Origin: Tubulanus polymorphus
Lineage: Eukaryota > Animalia > Nemertea
Reading direction: 5' to 3'
Assembly: GCF_964204645.1 (NCBI RefSeq)
Contig: NC_134030.1
Location: 15,686,110 to 15,750,109, forward strand
Length of the DNA: 64,000 bases
The notes beneath the pieces are model-generated. The model searched no databases. It was not told where the DNA came from and saw only the letters and a list, made by a program, of their open reading frames with translations. Positions 1 to 12,944 of this stretch are shown here, in pieces; the stretch's first letter is position 1, and every line of letters begins with the position of its first letter. The position numbers and the translations under genes were made by a program.

Positions 1-428
1 GGATCCGCCCCTGGAAATCACCACACTGCAGACATGTCCCTCTTCACCAGAACAGCGTTTCGATCACAGTCGTTTCTACGAAGAAGCAGCAAACCTCCGT
101 TGCGCCATCAATCGACGGGAAGCACCGTTAATGCACGGTTGCGAAACATCCGATTGCGAAATAGCAAGCAGCAATCGATGACATCCGATATTCGAAGTTA
201 ACAGTTTAACCAACTACATCTACATAAGCCTCGGCAAGATGACTTACTGCGTTCCGGATGATCTCTGGCGTCTATTGTTTCCGCTGCCACCATGTTATGA
301 TGTCCTCCGATATCAGGACTTGAAATATATTCGACTGTCAGAGCGTCAGATAACAAAAACACATGACAAGAACGACCGCCATACTTGGAACTACTTTTAT
401 TGATGTATATATACACAATCATATCACA
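1..428 (-). mobile_element. 5' end of Gypsy LTR retrotransposon (136 bp LTR 293-428, PBS 281-292), running off the left edge
   Basis: 293-428 is the reverse complement of 52499-52634 (TG...CA). On - it is followed directly by the PBS TGGTGGCAGCGG and preceded by CTGTT. Confidence 0.9.
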
Positions 429-1454
429 AACAGTACAAATAGCTAGAAAATGCAACGATAGTGCATTGTCAATTAAAGCAAGTGTACATTGGTTGTTTAG
501 GTTTTTCGTTGGGAAAATTAATGTTTAATCATTATTTAAATATCCGAGGCGAGCTTTTCCAGGAATTTATAAAGTTGAGCTTTACACAAGGAATTTTTTG
601 TAGTCCGATATCCGTGATTACCTCTGGCGTGGAGAGCGTAAAACCAACCGTAGAGTCAAATATTTTACCAAAAATTTCTATGATTGATAAAAAGATTGAG
701 TGATAACATGCAAACAGTATTATCTGAATTCCACTCCATTTCAAACTCATCATCTTTACACAAACTCGTTGAACAGTTCAAAATCGCGTGGCTTGAATTA
801 TTACGATAACTAAAATTAGGGACCAAAATACTTGCTCATCTGCACTGGCTACCAATTTAACAAGGGATTGAATTTGAGTGTTTGATATTGTAACAATACC
901 ATACTGAATTATGGTTTCAGTTTCTACTTTTTGATTGAACATTTATATCACATATTGGGTCATTTTTACCAGCATATATGGAATAACCTATCCATATATC
1001 ATTTTCAATTTTATACACTCTGACTTTTGAGATGTCATTCAATCAATGCATTTATATGCGGTCGTCGCTTTCAATAGCCACCACGGACTGGCTCCTTATT
1101 ACCTCCTTGGCGGCTCCTTATTACCTCCTTGGCGATACGTTGGCGGACGATCCCACACGTTTCTTGCTCCAGCCCTAGAATGCGCAATTATAGTCGTCAT
1201 GAACACCCGATTTGAATTTAAATTCAAAAGACTCCTAAAAACACACCTGTTTACTCGATTACTCTATAGCGCCTTTGAACATTTATATGCAAGAATCAGT
1301 GAAATTGGCGCTTTATCAGTTGTATTCATCATTCAAACCCACAATTCTCCTATCTTATGAATATGGAGACCCATCCTCGTAAGAAAATGAATAAATAGGC
1401 TATGTTGCGTTCATATCATTTGATATGAGGTTACGTGTCATCTTTAATTGAAAT
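429..1454 (-). repeat. Inverted, diverged partial copy of the ~1.5 kb interspersed repeat at 56449-57980
   Basis: Aligns by eye in reverse complement to ~56450-57440; no credible ORF. Confidence 0.85.
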
Positions 1455-1735
1455 GTGGTGATTTCAATTTAAGATGACACGTGGCCTCAGTAATTGGAAA
1501 TTGTGGCTTTCATACCAGAGGGCGAGAGGGCGAGACACCTCTCATCACAGCTAGGCACTAGCGAGAACGGTTATTAGCGCGTTTGCTATTACTGTAGTAC
1601 AGTGATTGCGAAAGCAACCATGCTCGGATAGATAGATGTAGCGAGGCTTGGACGAGAACGGTTGATTGCGTGTTTGTTATATACAAGGGGAAGTAATCCC
1701 CACTCATCACCACAAGTAATTTTTTTTTCTTATAA

Positions 1736-4700
1736 ATGGGAGAGAGTGAACAACACACAGAACAAATTGATGTTAATGAAAATCAATATTATTGTACATA
1801 TTGTAAAAAATACATTGATAAATCTCATAAAGCACGTCATGAAAAAACTGCAAATCATATAAAAAATGTTATAGATTTTGAAACTCCAGAAAATTCAAGT
1901 GAAAGAAAAGAACGATTAGATGATATGAAAAAAAACGAAATAAAATGTGAAGTTTGTAATGAATTTATAGTAAAACGGAATTATAAAAGACATCTCGAAT
2001 CACAAAGACACCATCATAATTTGAGTAATAATGTTTTAGGAATAGATTATTTCGATGATAAACCTCAACAAGTAAAAAAACCAACTTCAAAAACTAAATC
2101 CATTTCAAATAAACATTACATGGAAAATGTTAGAAATTATATCGATTCACTAGAAATAAGATACAATTAAAATTTTAGAAACATTACATAGTAAAATTGG
2201 TCCTGCAGCCATTATAATTTAGATTTTTTAAAGGTACAAAAATAGAAGATAATAGTAAATTTAATGAAATAATGGGAAAATATTAGATTTGATAACAGAT
2301 GTTGAATATCCAAAAATTAGCATCTCTGGAAAAGTAAGTCAGAAGAGAAAATGGATTATAATATTCAAACACTCTCTGAAGAAATAATTTCAAAAACACA
2401 AATAAAAGAGAAGTTAGAAAAAATATTTAATGAATTTAAACGTCATATTGAAGAAAGATATTTTGAGGGTTCTGGTTTAAGATTGAATGAAATTATATTT
2501 TTAGATTTAAATGTTTATAATACAAAAATGAATAAAACATCAAAAAGTAAAACAATGTTTAAAAATGATTCAAACTTTACTACAGAAAAGGATATTAAAG
2601 CATCAAGTTATATAAAATAACCATTTAGAACAAAAGCAGTAATAAATGTTCAAAATGAAGATAATACATGTTTTCTATGGTCAATTATTAGTTGCTTACA
2701 CCCAACAGAAGATATTACGCATAGATTTAGAATAACAAATTACCGGAAATATGAAACATTATATGAAATTGATCAATATCCAGTAACTATAAAGATGATT
2801 CCTAAAATAGAACAAGTTAATAATTTAAAAATAAATGTATTTGAATTAATGCAATTACCAAAGACAAAAGGTGAAAATATTAAAGATTATACATTAGAAG
2901 CTTTATATTTAACAGAATATTATGATGATGAAAATGCTATAGATTTGTTATATTACAAAAAAGATGAAAATGAACATTATATGTGGTTAAAACAAATTGA
3001 TTTATTCTTTAGAACAGAAAGTGATCATCATCGTAAAATTTATCTATGTAGAAAATGTTTTTCTAAATTTATGACTGAGAATACATTATTAAAACATAAA
3101 GAATTATGTGATAATAAAGATTTTTGTAAATTAATAATGCCAACTAAAAAAGATTGTAAGTTGAAATTTACTTATCATAAATTTAAGAATATTGTTCCAT
3201 TTGTAATTTATGGGGATTTTGAATCGTTGAATTAAGAATTAACTGATCAAGATAGAAAAGAAATATATAACAAAAAGCAATTTTTAAAATCAATGGATAA
3301 AGGAAATGAATTAAATGAAGACATAAATCAAGACCCACCAATCATAAACACAATTTAAAAAGTTCATCAAAGAGCTGCTGCTTATGGAATTTACATAAAA
3401 TCAAATTATCCCGAATTATATGAAAGTCAATATATTTCTTTTAGAGGTGAAAATGTAGTTAATGATTTTTGTAATAAAATAATTCAATTAGAAAGTGATT
3501 TTGCAGAATTATTAAACAAAAATAAAGGAATAGTTGTGACAAAAGAAGATGAAATTGATGTTAATCATGCAACTCATTGTTGTTATTGTGAAAAACGTTT
3601 TTATTCATTTGATAAAAAAGTTAGAGATCATGATCATTTAAATTCAAAATACCGCGGAGCTGCTCATGAAGATTGTAATTTACAAGCTAAGAAAGTTAAT
3701 TTCGTACCAATATTATTTCATAATTTATCAGGCTATGATACCCATCTATTTATAAAACAATTATCGGGAAAATTGGGCGCAATTAATCAAGATATAGAAG
3801 AATATAATGCTATGAATGGCGCAAATGTAAGAAAATATGATTTTAAACTATTAGCTAAGACATCTGAAAATTATATTTCATTTCATTTTGTTTGCATTTG
3901 ATTTTTGGATTCTTATAGATTTCTAGCAAGTTCATTAGATAATTTAGCAAAAGGTTTAGTTGATAATGATTTTATAATAACTCAACATTATTATCCAAAT
4001 GAACAAGATTTTGAATTATTGAGATATAAAGGCGCAATTCCTTATTCATTTTATAAAACGCATGATGATTTTAATGTAACAGAATTATCAAAAGAACAAT
4101 TTTATGATCAATTAAAAGAGGAGTATGTGAAAGATGAAGTGTTTAATAGAACATTAAATATTTGGAATCACTTTAAGATAAAAAATCATGGTAAATTAGT
4201 AGAATTATGTTTAAAATCAGATGTTATGATATTGGCTGATAAATTTAGAGAAGTTAATTTGAATCATTTTAATGTTGATCCTTGTTATTGTTATTCAAGT
4301 CCTGGTTTAACTTGGCAATGTGGTTTAAAATATACAAACGTAGAATTAGATTTATTAAAAGAACCAGACATGGCTTTATTATTTGAAAAATCAATTAGAG
4401 GTGGAATTAGTTTTAATTTAAGGCATACAGAAAAAGATTTAACTGAAGAAGTTAGAGATTTATTTGAAATATATAATCCATCAGATTATGTTTATGATTT
4501 ATCAACTGAAGATGGAACATTTAACTGTGGATTTCCATTAATAGCGGTCAATACTGACGCCTACATACTAAAAATCAAGACAAATGACATAACAAAAGAC
4601 TTAAAAACATTAAAAGATCATTTTGATTTCAGCAATTATCCCAAAGATCATGAACTATTTAGCAATGATAATAAAAAGATTCCTGGTAAGTTTAAAGATG

Positions 4701-5008
4701 AATTAGGGGGTGATGAAATGATTGAATTTGTTGGGATAAGAAGTAAAATGTATAGTTATAGAACAAAAGATCATGAAGCTAAAAAGTTAAAAGGAATAAC
4801 AAAACATGTGATTGATAAACATATAGAATTTCAAGATTATATAAAGTGTTTATATAACTCATTTGTAATGAAACATAAAATGAATTGTTTAAGATCAGAA
4901 GATTACGAGATGTACATTAATGAAGTTGAAAAAACTAGTTTAAATCCATTCGATGATAAAAGATATATTTTAGGTGATGGAATAAAAACATTACCTTATG
5001 GTTATTAA
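1736..5008 (+). pseudogene. polB: Protein-primed family B DNA polymerase, copy 1 (N-terminal Zn fingers, endonuclease VII-like domain, exonuclease; motifs A/B deleted)
   Basis: Fragments with VPFVIYGDFES, CCYCEK..VRDHDH..YRGAAH..CN, FHNLSGYD, DSYRFL, PGKFKDE, PFDDKRY; several stops and frameshifts. Confidence 0.92.
4412..4552 (+). other. C-terminal remnant of an intein (blocks F/G) at the pol-c site of pPolB copy 1
   Basis: YVYDLSTEDGTFNCGFPLIAVN|TD: block F VYDL, terminal Asn, +1 Thr of motif C. Absent from copy 2. Confidence 0.8.
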
Positions 5009-5071
5009 AACATAAAATCAAGATCATCATACTCGAAATCACTACTGGTTTCTTCATTTTTATTTAATTGT

Positions 5072-6314
5072 TTAGGTTCTTCCATTTAATTTTTTTTCAT
5101 TTAAATAAAGTTCTATATTGTACTTTATTTCATCTCGCTCTCTTTGTTTCTTTTTGTTTGTTAATTCATCAAATGGAATTATAATATCGATGTTTAAAAG
5201 ATTTACAATCTTATTTAAAAAGAATTCATAATTAATTGAATCTGTTATTCTATTATCCACATAATATCTTAATATTTTTTTGAATGTTTCTTTTATATTT
5301 TCCATATCTTCTTCTGTTAATTTAGGTTTTTTTTATAGTAATCGTTAAATAATAGATATAAATACATTTTCTTTTCTTGTGTGTTAAATGTTGACGGAAT
5401 AATTGTTTTTATTATATCTTTTTTAGTTATTTCACCATTTTTATTTTCTATCATTTTCATTTTTTCAAGCCATTGCTAATATTCTGGTGTATGATCTTCC
5501 ATAGAAAATATCTTTAAAATTTCATCTAGATATTTTAATTTTGGTTCTAAAGGAATATCTCTAGTTTTTTCATCACCCCATAAATTTTTTTTGCCATCCA
5601 CATTCATTAAAAAATAACACAGGACCTTCTTGGCTTAAGTGCCCATAAATACATTGTTTTTCTATCATATCTTGGTAATAGATCTTCATTAAGTTCTTGG
5701 TATTTACTTACGTTTTCTTTATGTTTTATTGTTCTATTATGTAGATTTAAATTACTTGGTGTAATAATCAATTTACAATATTTACAATAATATGTTTTTC
5801 TTACTAATTCATTATATTGTTTTTCCAACTTTTAAGTGTTTCTTCATTATCTGGTAACGTTTTCTCATATTTCATTTTTTCTAATATATTATTTTTTCTT
5901 TCATTGAATTCAGTTTCAAATTTATTAGAAATTTTATGTATATGTACTTTACGAAATTGAAGATTCTCCCAATCTTCTATATTTCCAGGGCTATATTTTA
6001 TTCGACAAGGCTCACAGAAATAATCTTTTATATTACCCTTATCATAGAATAAGAAAGGTCTTTTCCAAATAATTTCAGATTCAACTTCAACAGAATTACT
6101 ATTACTTTCATTACTATCAACATTAACCGTTGCGTCATTAATTTTACACTTCTCTAAATGTTTTTTAACATGATTTCTTGAGAATAATTTATTACAATTT
6201 GGGCAGTTTAGTTTAGGGGGCTTATAATTTTTATCATGTTTTTTTCATATGTCGAGCCATATTACTTTTTCTTAGAAGTTCACCACAAATTTCACATGGT
6301 ATCTTCTCATCCAT
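5072..6314 (-). pseudogene. Degraded zinc-finger-rich Polinton accessory gene(s)
   Basis: TAAATG start at 6314 (MDEKIPCEIC), later YCKYCK..NLHNRTIKH; broken by stops and frameshifts. Confidence 0.6.
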
Positions 6315-6383
6315 TTATTAAGGAAAAATTTTATTAAAATTAATTTTTAGTGATGAGAGGTAATATTTTTGTTCTATAAATAA

Positions 6384-6970
6384 TGGGTTGATTTAAAGAA
6401 TATAGAATATTTGTTGATTCTAGAAGACTTAAAAATTATAAATCACATAATTTATTAGTACAATTAGATAGAGAATTTAATAATTGTGTAGATTAAAAAT
6501 TAGTAAATATTAGTTTATGTAACTCATTTTACAATATATCGAATAAAACTGTTGAACATAGAGCCTTTTTAATTTTTAATAAAAATAAAAATGAATGGGC
6601 CTATATATATTTAAAACCAGGGTTATATATTTTAGATACATTGGCACAAGAAATTAATAGAAAAGCCTGGCACAAGTCAGGTAATAATTCCGGGTTTAAT
6701 ATTAGATTTTTAAAAAGTGAGAGTTCTAACAAAATAAAGGTAAGGTTGGCTGATATTGAAAATCATAAATTTATGGTAAAAAAACCTATAGCTAAACTGT
6801 TAGGAATTCCTCCAGATAGATCTTTTACAAATATGTTAAAGAATGTTAAAGAATTTGGAACGCAAATAAATTATAATTTAGCTGAGTGTGATTTCAAACC
6901 ATGCATTCCTAAATTTAATAATTTTAGATTAGAAATTAGAAATCATAATGGATACTTAATTGATTTATAT
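6384..6970 (+). pseudogene. Second, internally deleted copy of the minor capsid (penton-like) gene
   Basis: Near-duplicate of parts of 11235-11885 (IFVDSRR, LKPGLY, FGTQINYNL); fused at ~6970 to pPolB copy 2 sequence. Confidence 0.8.
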
Positions 6971-6974
6971 GAGC

Positions 6975-9900
6975 TCACAGTGATAAAAGATATTATAAAG
7001 AACATTTAAAATCTAAAAGTCATATTAGAAATAAGAATAATGATATTTTAGGTGAAGATTATTTTGATAAAGATAATGATAAGAAACAGAAGACAATTAA
7101 AAGCATAAAAAATAAATTAAACAATAAAAGACCATACATGGAAGATGTAAGAAAATATATTAATTTATTGGATAATAAAATAGATATAGAGCTAACCGAA
7201 GCATTTAAAAGTGATATTGGTCCAGCAGCTATTGAGTTTAAATTTCATAAAGGAAAAACATTAGAAGAAAATAAAAAACATTTAGAAAATATGAAAGAAA
7301 TAATAAAAATAATTACAGATGTTGAATATCCTAAAATTAGTATATCTTCTAAAGTAAAGTTTATAAAATCTGAAGATAAACCAATATATAATATAAATTC
7401 TCATTCACAACATATTATATCTAAACAACTTATAGATGATAAATTAGATAAATGTTATAATGAAGTAAAATCTAAAATAGAAGAGAAATATTTTGAAGGA
7501 TCTTGTTTTATATTTGATAAAATAATATTTATGACTTTACATGTTTATAACACAAAATGTAATAAGTTAACTAAATCAAAACCAATTGATGAAAATAATG
7601 TATCATATTATAAAGAACCAGATATTGAAGCATCGAGTTATATTAAACTACCATTTAAAACTAATGCTGTAATAAATGTACAAAATGAAGATGATAAATG
7701 TTTTCTATGGGCTATAATAAGTTGTTTACACCCAACAGAAGATATTACACATAGTTTTAGATTAACTCATTATAAACCATTTGAAAATAATTATAAGATA
7801 GATAAGTATCCTGTTAGAATTAAAAACATCCCAAAAATAGAAAGAGATAATAATTTAAGAATAAATGTATTTGATTTAATCAAATTACCAAATACAAAAG
7901 GTAACAATATAAAACATTATACATTAGAACCTTTATATCTATCAAAAGATTATGATTCAAACGATGTTATAGATATACTATATTATGAGAATCATTATAT
8001 GTGGATTAAACAAATAGATTTATTTTTTAAATCAGAAAATGATCACCATAAAATATATCTTTGTAGAAAATGTTTACATAAATTCAGTAATGAAAGTACA
8101 TTATTAAATCATAAACAATTATGTGAAAATCATGATTATTGTAAATTAGTTTTACCAAATGAAAAGGATAAAATATTAGAATTCAAAAAATATGATTACA
8201 AAAATAAAGTACCATTTGTTATATATGGAGATTTTGAATCATTCAATAAAGAATTAACTGATCAAGATAGAAAAGAAATATATTATAAAAGAAAGAAATT
8301 AAATTCTAATGAAAATGATTATTCTGAAGAACCACCAAAAACAAATACTATTAAAAAGATTCATCAATCAGCTGCAGCTTTCGGGTTATATATTAAATCT
8401 GATTATCCAGAACTAAAGTGAAAGAAGTGATTGAAAGTGAATATTATCATTATAGAAATGAAAATGTTATCAATCATTTTTGTGACTTATTAATTGAATA
8501 TGAAATAAGATTTAGTAAATTATTGAATACAAATATAGAAATTATAATGACAGAAGAAGATAAAGAAGGATTTGCGTTTGCAGATAAATGTTATTATTGT
8601 GAAAAGATATCTAATTTTAGAGATAAAAAAGTAAGAGACCATGATCATTTGAACGGAAAGTTTAGAGGCGCTGCACATTAGAATTGTAACTTACAAGCTA
8701 AGAAAATTAACTTTGTACCAGTTATATTTCATAATCTATCAGGATATGATGCACATTTATTCATCAAACAGTTATGTCATAAAATAGAAGAAATCAATAA
8801 TGAAATAGAAAGATTAAATTCAAATAGATCAAAAGATAAAATACCAACTTATAAATTTAGAATGTGAGCTAAAACATCTGAGAATTATATATCATTCCAA
8901 TTTGGTTGCCTAAGATTTATAGATTCATATAGATTTTTAAATAGTTCATTAGATAACTTATCAAAATCATTAGTTGATGATGAATTAAAAATATTAAAAG
9001 AATATTACCCAAATAATGATGATTTTCAATTAATGAGATATAAAGGCGCAATTCCATATTCTTTCTATAAAAATCATAATGATTTCAATATAACTGAATT
9101 ATTAAAAGAACAATTCTATGATGAATTAAAAAATGAATATGTTAAAGATGAAGTATATAATAGAACATTGAATATTTGGAATCATTTCAAAATAGAAAAT
9201 CATGGGCAATTAGTAGATTTATATTTAAAATCAGATGTGTTATTATTAACCGATATATTCGAAAGGTTTAGAGATGTAAACCTAAAATATTTTAATATTG
9301 ATCCTTGTCATTGTTATTCATCACCAGGTTTAACATGGGATTGTGGATTAAAATTTACAGATATAAAAATGGATTTGTTAACAAATATAGATCAATTACT
9401 ATTATTTGAAAAATCTATAAGAGGAGGAGTTTCAGGTGTATTAGGTGATAGATATTTCAATGTAAATGATAACCCTGGATATAAGTTATTATATATAGAT
9501 GCAAATAATTTGTGTGGTTGGGCAATGATGGAACCACAACCTTATGGAGTATTTGAATTAACTGAAGTTTTACAGAATGAAAATAATGATAAATTTGATT
9601 GGAAGACAAGAATTCTAGATATTGCAGATGATTCAGATACTGGTTACTTCTTTGTTGTAGATTTAGAATATCCTGAACATATTAAATTTAAATCTAGAAA
9701 TCTAGCATACTGCCCCGAACATAAAACTGTAACTCATGAAGAATTATCAAATTACCAAAAAAGAATTAAACCCGAAAATCATATTCATACAGAAAAGTTA
9801 ATGGTAACTCAGGAAAATAAATATAATTATGTAGTACATTATAGAATGTTAAAGTTTTATTTGAATCAAGGAATGATTCTAAAAAAAGTACATAGATATA

Positions 9901-10834
9901 TTTCATTTAGTCAATCTAAGTGGTTAGAAAAATATATAGATTTTAACACCAAACAGAGAACTGAAGCTAAAACTGATTTCGAGAAAGATTTCTTCAAGTT
10001 AATGAATAATGCATTCTATGGTAAGACTTGTGAAAATATTAGAAATAGAAATGATATTGAGTTAGTTAGTAATGGTAAAAGAATTAGACATTTACAAACA
10101 TATCCTAAGTTCATTGGTAACAGAATATTTGATGAAAATTTAGCCGCAGTTAAAATGAGAAGAACATCAATGAAATTTAATAAACCAATCTATGTTGGCG
10201 CTTCAGTTTTAGAATTATCAAAATTACTAATGTATGAATTCTATTATAATGTATTACAACCACTTTTTGGAGAAAAACATATAGAAATATTATATTTTGA
10301 TACTCACAGTTACGTATTAAAGATAAAAACTGATAACATAACTGATGATTTAAAAACATTAAAACATGATTTCAGTAATTATCCTAAAAATCAAGAATTG
10401 TTTTGCAATGATAATAAAAAAGTTCCTGGTAAATTCAAAGATGAATTAGGTGGTGAAGAAATGATTGAATTCATTGGTATTAGATGTAAAATGTATAAAA
10501 CTAAATATATAAAACTAAAGAACATGAAGCTAAAAAGTTAAAAGGAATAACCAAAAGTGTAGTAGAAAAGAATATTCATTTCAAAGATTACATAAATTGT
10601 ATATTCAATGAAGAAGTTAGAAAACATAAAATGAGATGTTTAAGATCTGAAGATCATGAAATGTTTATTGAAGAAATTTAAAAGATAAGTCTAAACCCAT
10701 TTGATGATAAAAGATATATTTTAGATGATGGAATTCATACAGTTGCTTATGGATGTAATTTAGATGGATACTTAAAATTTAAAAGAGAAGAAACAAAAGA
10801 GAACGACATAATGAAAAGAATTCTAACGTGTTAA
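6975..10834 (+). pseudogene. polB: Protein-primed family B DNA polymerase, copy 2 (near full length, disrupted)
   Basis: Motif A YIDANNL, motif B KLMNNAFYGK, motif C YFDTHS (catalytic D replaced by H), Exo and endo VII-like motifs; stops near 8681 and 8866 and frameshifts. Confidence 0.95.
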
Positions 10835-10863
10835 TCAAATTTTAATAAAAATATGTTATTAAA

Positions 10864-11217
10864 ATGGAGAGTAAACAAGCGCACAGTGAGAAAAACAAAT
10901 CATTTCTAGATAGAATAAAAGATACTACAAATGTAAAATCTGTAGATTATAAATTCAAAAAGTTAACAGAATTAACAATTCATAAGAAATATCTAATTAC
11001 AAATATTGATACAGTTACTAATAACTATGGAGATAAATTAGTTATACACTTAGAATATGAAGGATTAAAAGGAAATACATATAAATTCAGAACATATTTG
11101 CCGGATAGATTTCATAGATTATCAAGTGAAGATCTAGAAGAATTATGTTCTGGAGATTTCTATTTCGTATACAAAGGTAAGAATTAAAAAGGGCACCATG
11201 AAATAGATTTCGAATAA
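10864..11217 (+). pseudogene. Small Polinton protein, possibly OB-fold ssDNA-binding; in-frame stop at 11187
   Basis: FKKLTEL..KYLITNI..T.NYGDKLVIHL..YLPDRF pattern next to polB; the frame continues 9 codons past the stop. Confidence 0.5.
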
Positions 11218-11234
11218 GAAAATGTGTAAAGTAA

Positions 11235-11885
11235 ATGGTAGAATTAAAAGAATACAGAATATTTGTTGATTCTAGAAGACTTACAAATTATAAATCACAT
11301 AATTTAATAGTTCAATTAGATAGAGAATTTAAGAATTAAATGGTTTTTTTATATTTAAAACCAGGATTATATAATTTAGATACATTAGCACAAGAAATTA
11401 ATAGAAAAGCTCGAGCTAAATTAGGAAGTGATTCCGGATTTAGTATTAGAATTTTAAAAAGTGATAGTTCTAATGAAATAAAGATTAGGTTAGCTAATGA
11501 CGAACAATTTAAATTTACAGTAAGAAAACCTTTAGGTAAACTGTTAGGAATTAACCCAGATATTGTTACAGCATACGCAGAAGGTAGATCAAACTTAATA
11601 CCTTTTACACATTTTTATATTTATTGCAATTTAATTGACCCAACAAAAACATTTGAAGCAACTAAAGATACAATTTGTAATTCTAGTATATTAAATATTT
11701 TACCATTAAAAAATGTTAAACAATTTGGAACGCAAATAAATTATAATTTAGCTGAATGTGATTTTAAACCTTGTATTCCACATTTCAATAATTTTAAATT
11801 AGAAATAAGAAATCATAATGGTTATTTAATTGATTTGAATAATTTTCCTGTGATATATGAATTAGTTATAAGATGTAGAGAGTAA
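11235..11885 (+). pseudogene. Minor capsid protein (penton-like, single jelly roll) with a deletion at ~11338
   Basis: MVELKEYRIFVDSRR start at 11235, then PGLY, FYIYCNLI, ILNILPL, G.LIDLNNFPVIYELVI pattern typical of Polinton minor capsids. Confidence 0.75.
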
Positions 11886-11901
11886 TTTTTTCACTATATA
11901 A

Positions 11902-12261
11902 ATGAATATAACTGTTGGACCGAGTATATGTTTTGGGTTTGATTTTAAACGTGAGAAAGAAATGAAATTTAACGTTAATGATGTAATTACACATATTAAA
12001 AATATTGCATTTTCTAATGAAACAACATTTGAGTATAAAACAACAATAGATAAAGAAACTTTAAATGTAGAAAAGATTACTAATTTAATTAGAGAATCTT
12101 TAAGATTTTATGAATTAGATGAAGATTTTATCATCGATGATATTAAAAAAATATTAATTGAAATATATACAAATGAAACTAGTAATGAAATAAATGTTGA
12201 ATTAATCATAAATAAGATAACTAAATATTTTGATGATAGTAATTTTTTGATAAATAAATGA
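11902..12261 (+). CDS. Polinton hypothetical protein
   Basis: Intact ORF with TAAATG start in a tightly packed gene run. Confidence 0.7.
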   Translation: MNITVGPSICFGFDFKREKEMKFNVNDVITHIKNIAFSNETTFEYKTTIDKETLNVEKITNLIRESLRFYELDEDFIIDDIKKILIEIYTNETSNEINVELIINKITKYFDDSNFLINK

Positions 12262-12479
12262 GTGATAATAAGTGGATAATAACTGGATTATATAATGGAG
12301 CATTACTATCAGTTGGAACTGTTGGTTATTCAATGGTATTAAAAAAAGTATTTAAAATGGGAAGTGTTAATGTTGATAGATTTGATATAAATGATATTTT
12401 AAAGTTAACATTAGCAATTACTTTATCTAATTTAACTATTGATTATTTGGAAAAACAAAAATATATTCCTCCCATATAA
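12258..12479 (+). CDS. Small hydrophobic Polinton protein
   Basis: 73 aa, two hydrophobic segments, TAAATG start, overlaps the previous stop. Confidence 0.7.
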   Translation: MSDNKWIITGLYNGALLSVGTVGYSMVLKKVFKMGSVNVDRFDINDILKLTLAITLSNLTIDYLEKQKYIPPI

Positions 12480-12926
12480 ATGCGTAATTATTTTACTAAA
12501 CAAATGGCTTCTGCAATTATAACTATTATAGGATCGGCAATTGTTAACGCTTTGGCATTTACTGGTGGTGGATATTTATTTAAACATATTGATAAAAATA
12601 GTTCATTAGGAGAACAAAGAAGACATAACTTAGCGTTAGAGAAATACAATAAAGCTGCAGAAGAATATAGAGAAAAGAGACAAAACTATATGGATTACAT
12701 CAATAAAGAATTATATGATCAGAAGATTTCACATAGAGATTTTCAATCAGTTGATGATGCAATGAGTTTATATAACGCGGTAACCAATAAAGAAAAATTT
12801 CATCTATACAAACCTAAATTATCAGATTATTATACCCCAAGTAAAGAACAACAGAAATATGAAATAATATGGATTTTAGGTGGAACTGTTATTGTTATAT
12901 TTGTTGCTTATAAATTTACTAATTAG
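12480..12926 (+). CDS. Polinton membrane/coiled-coil protein
   Basis: N-terminal hydrophobic helix (IIGSAIVNALAFTGGGYLF), coiled coil, C-terminal TM segment. Confidence 0.75.
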   Translation: MRNYFTKQMASAIITIIGSAIVNALAFTGGGYLFKHIDKNSSLGEQRRHNLALEKYNKAAEEYREKRQNYMDYINKELYDQKISHRDFQSVDDAMSLYNAVTNKEKFHLYKPKLSDYYTPSKEQQKYEIIWILGGTVIVIFVAYKFTN

Positions 12927-12944
12927 TAATTTTTTTCTAAATAA

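Noticed and set aside
4412-4552. Natural split intein C-half
   Set aside because: It is fused in frame to upstream polymerase with no start of its own, and no N-intein partner is visible; a deletion is simpler.
11337-11342. TAAATG start for the penton at 11340
   Set aside because: Created by a deletion junction; the real start is 11235, so it was excluded from the motif count.
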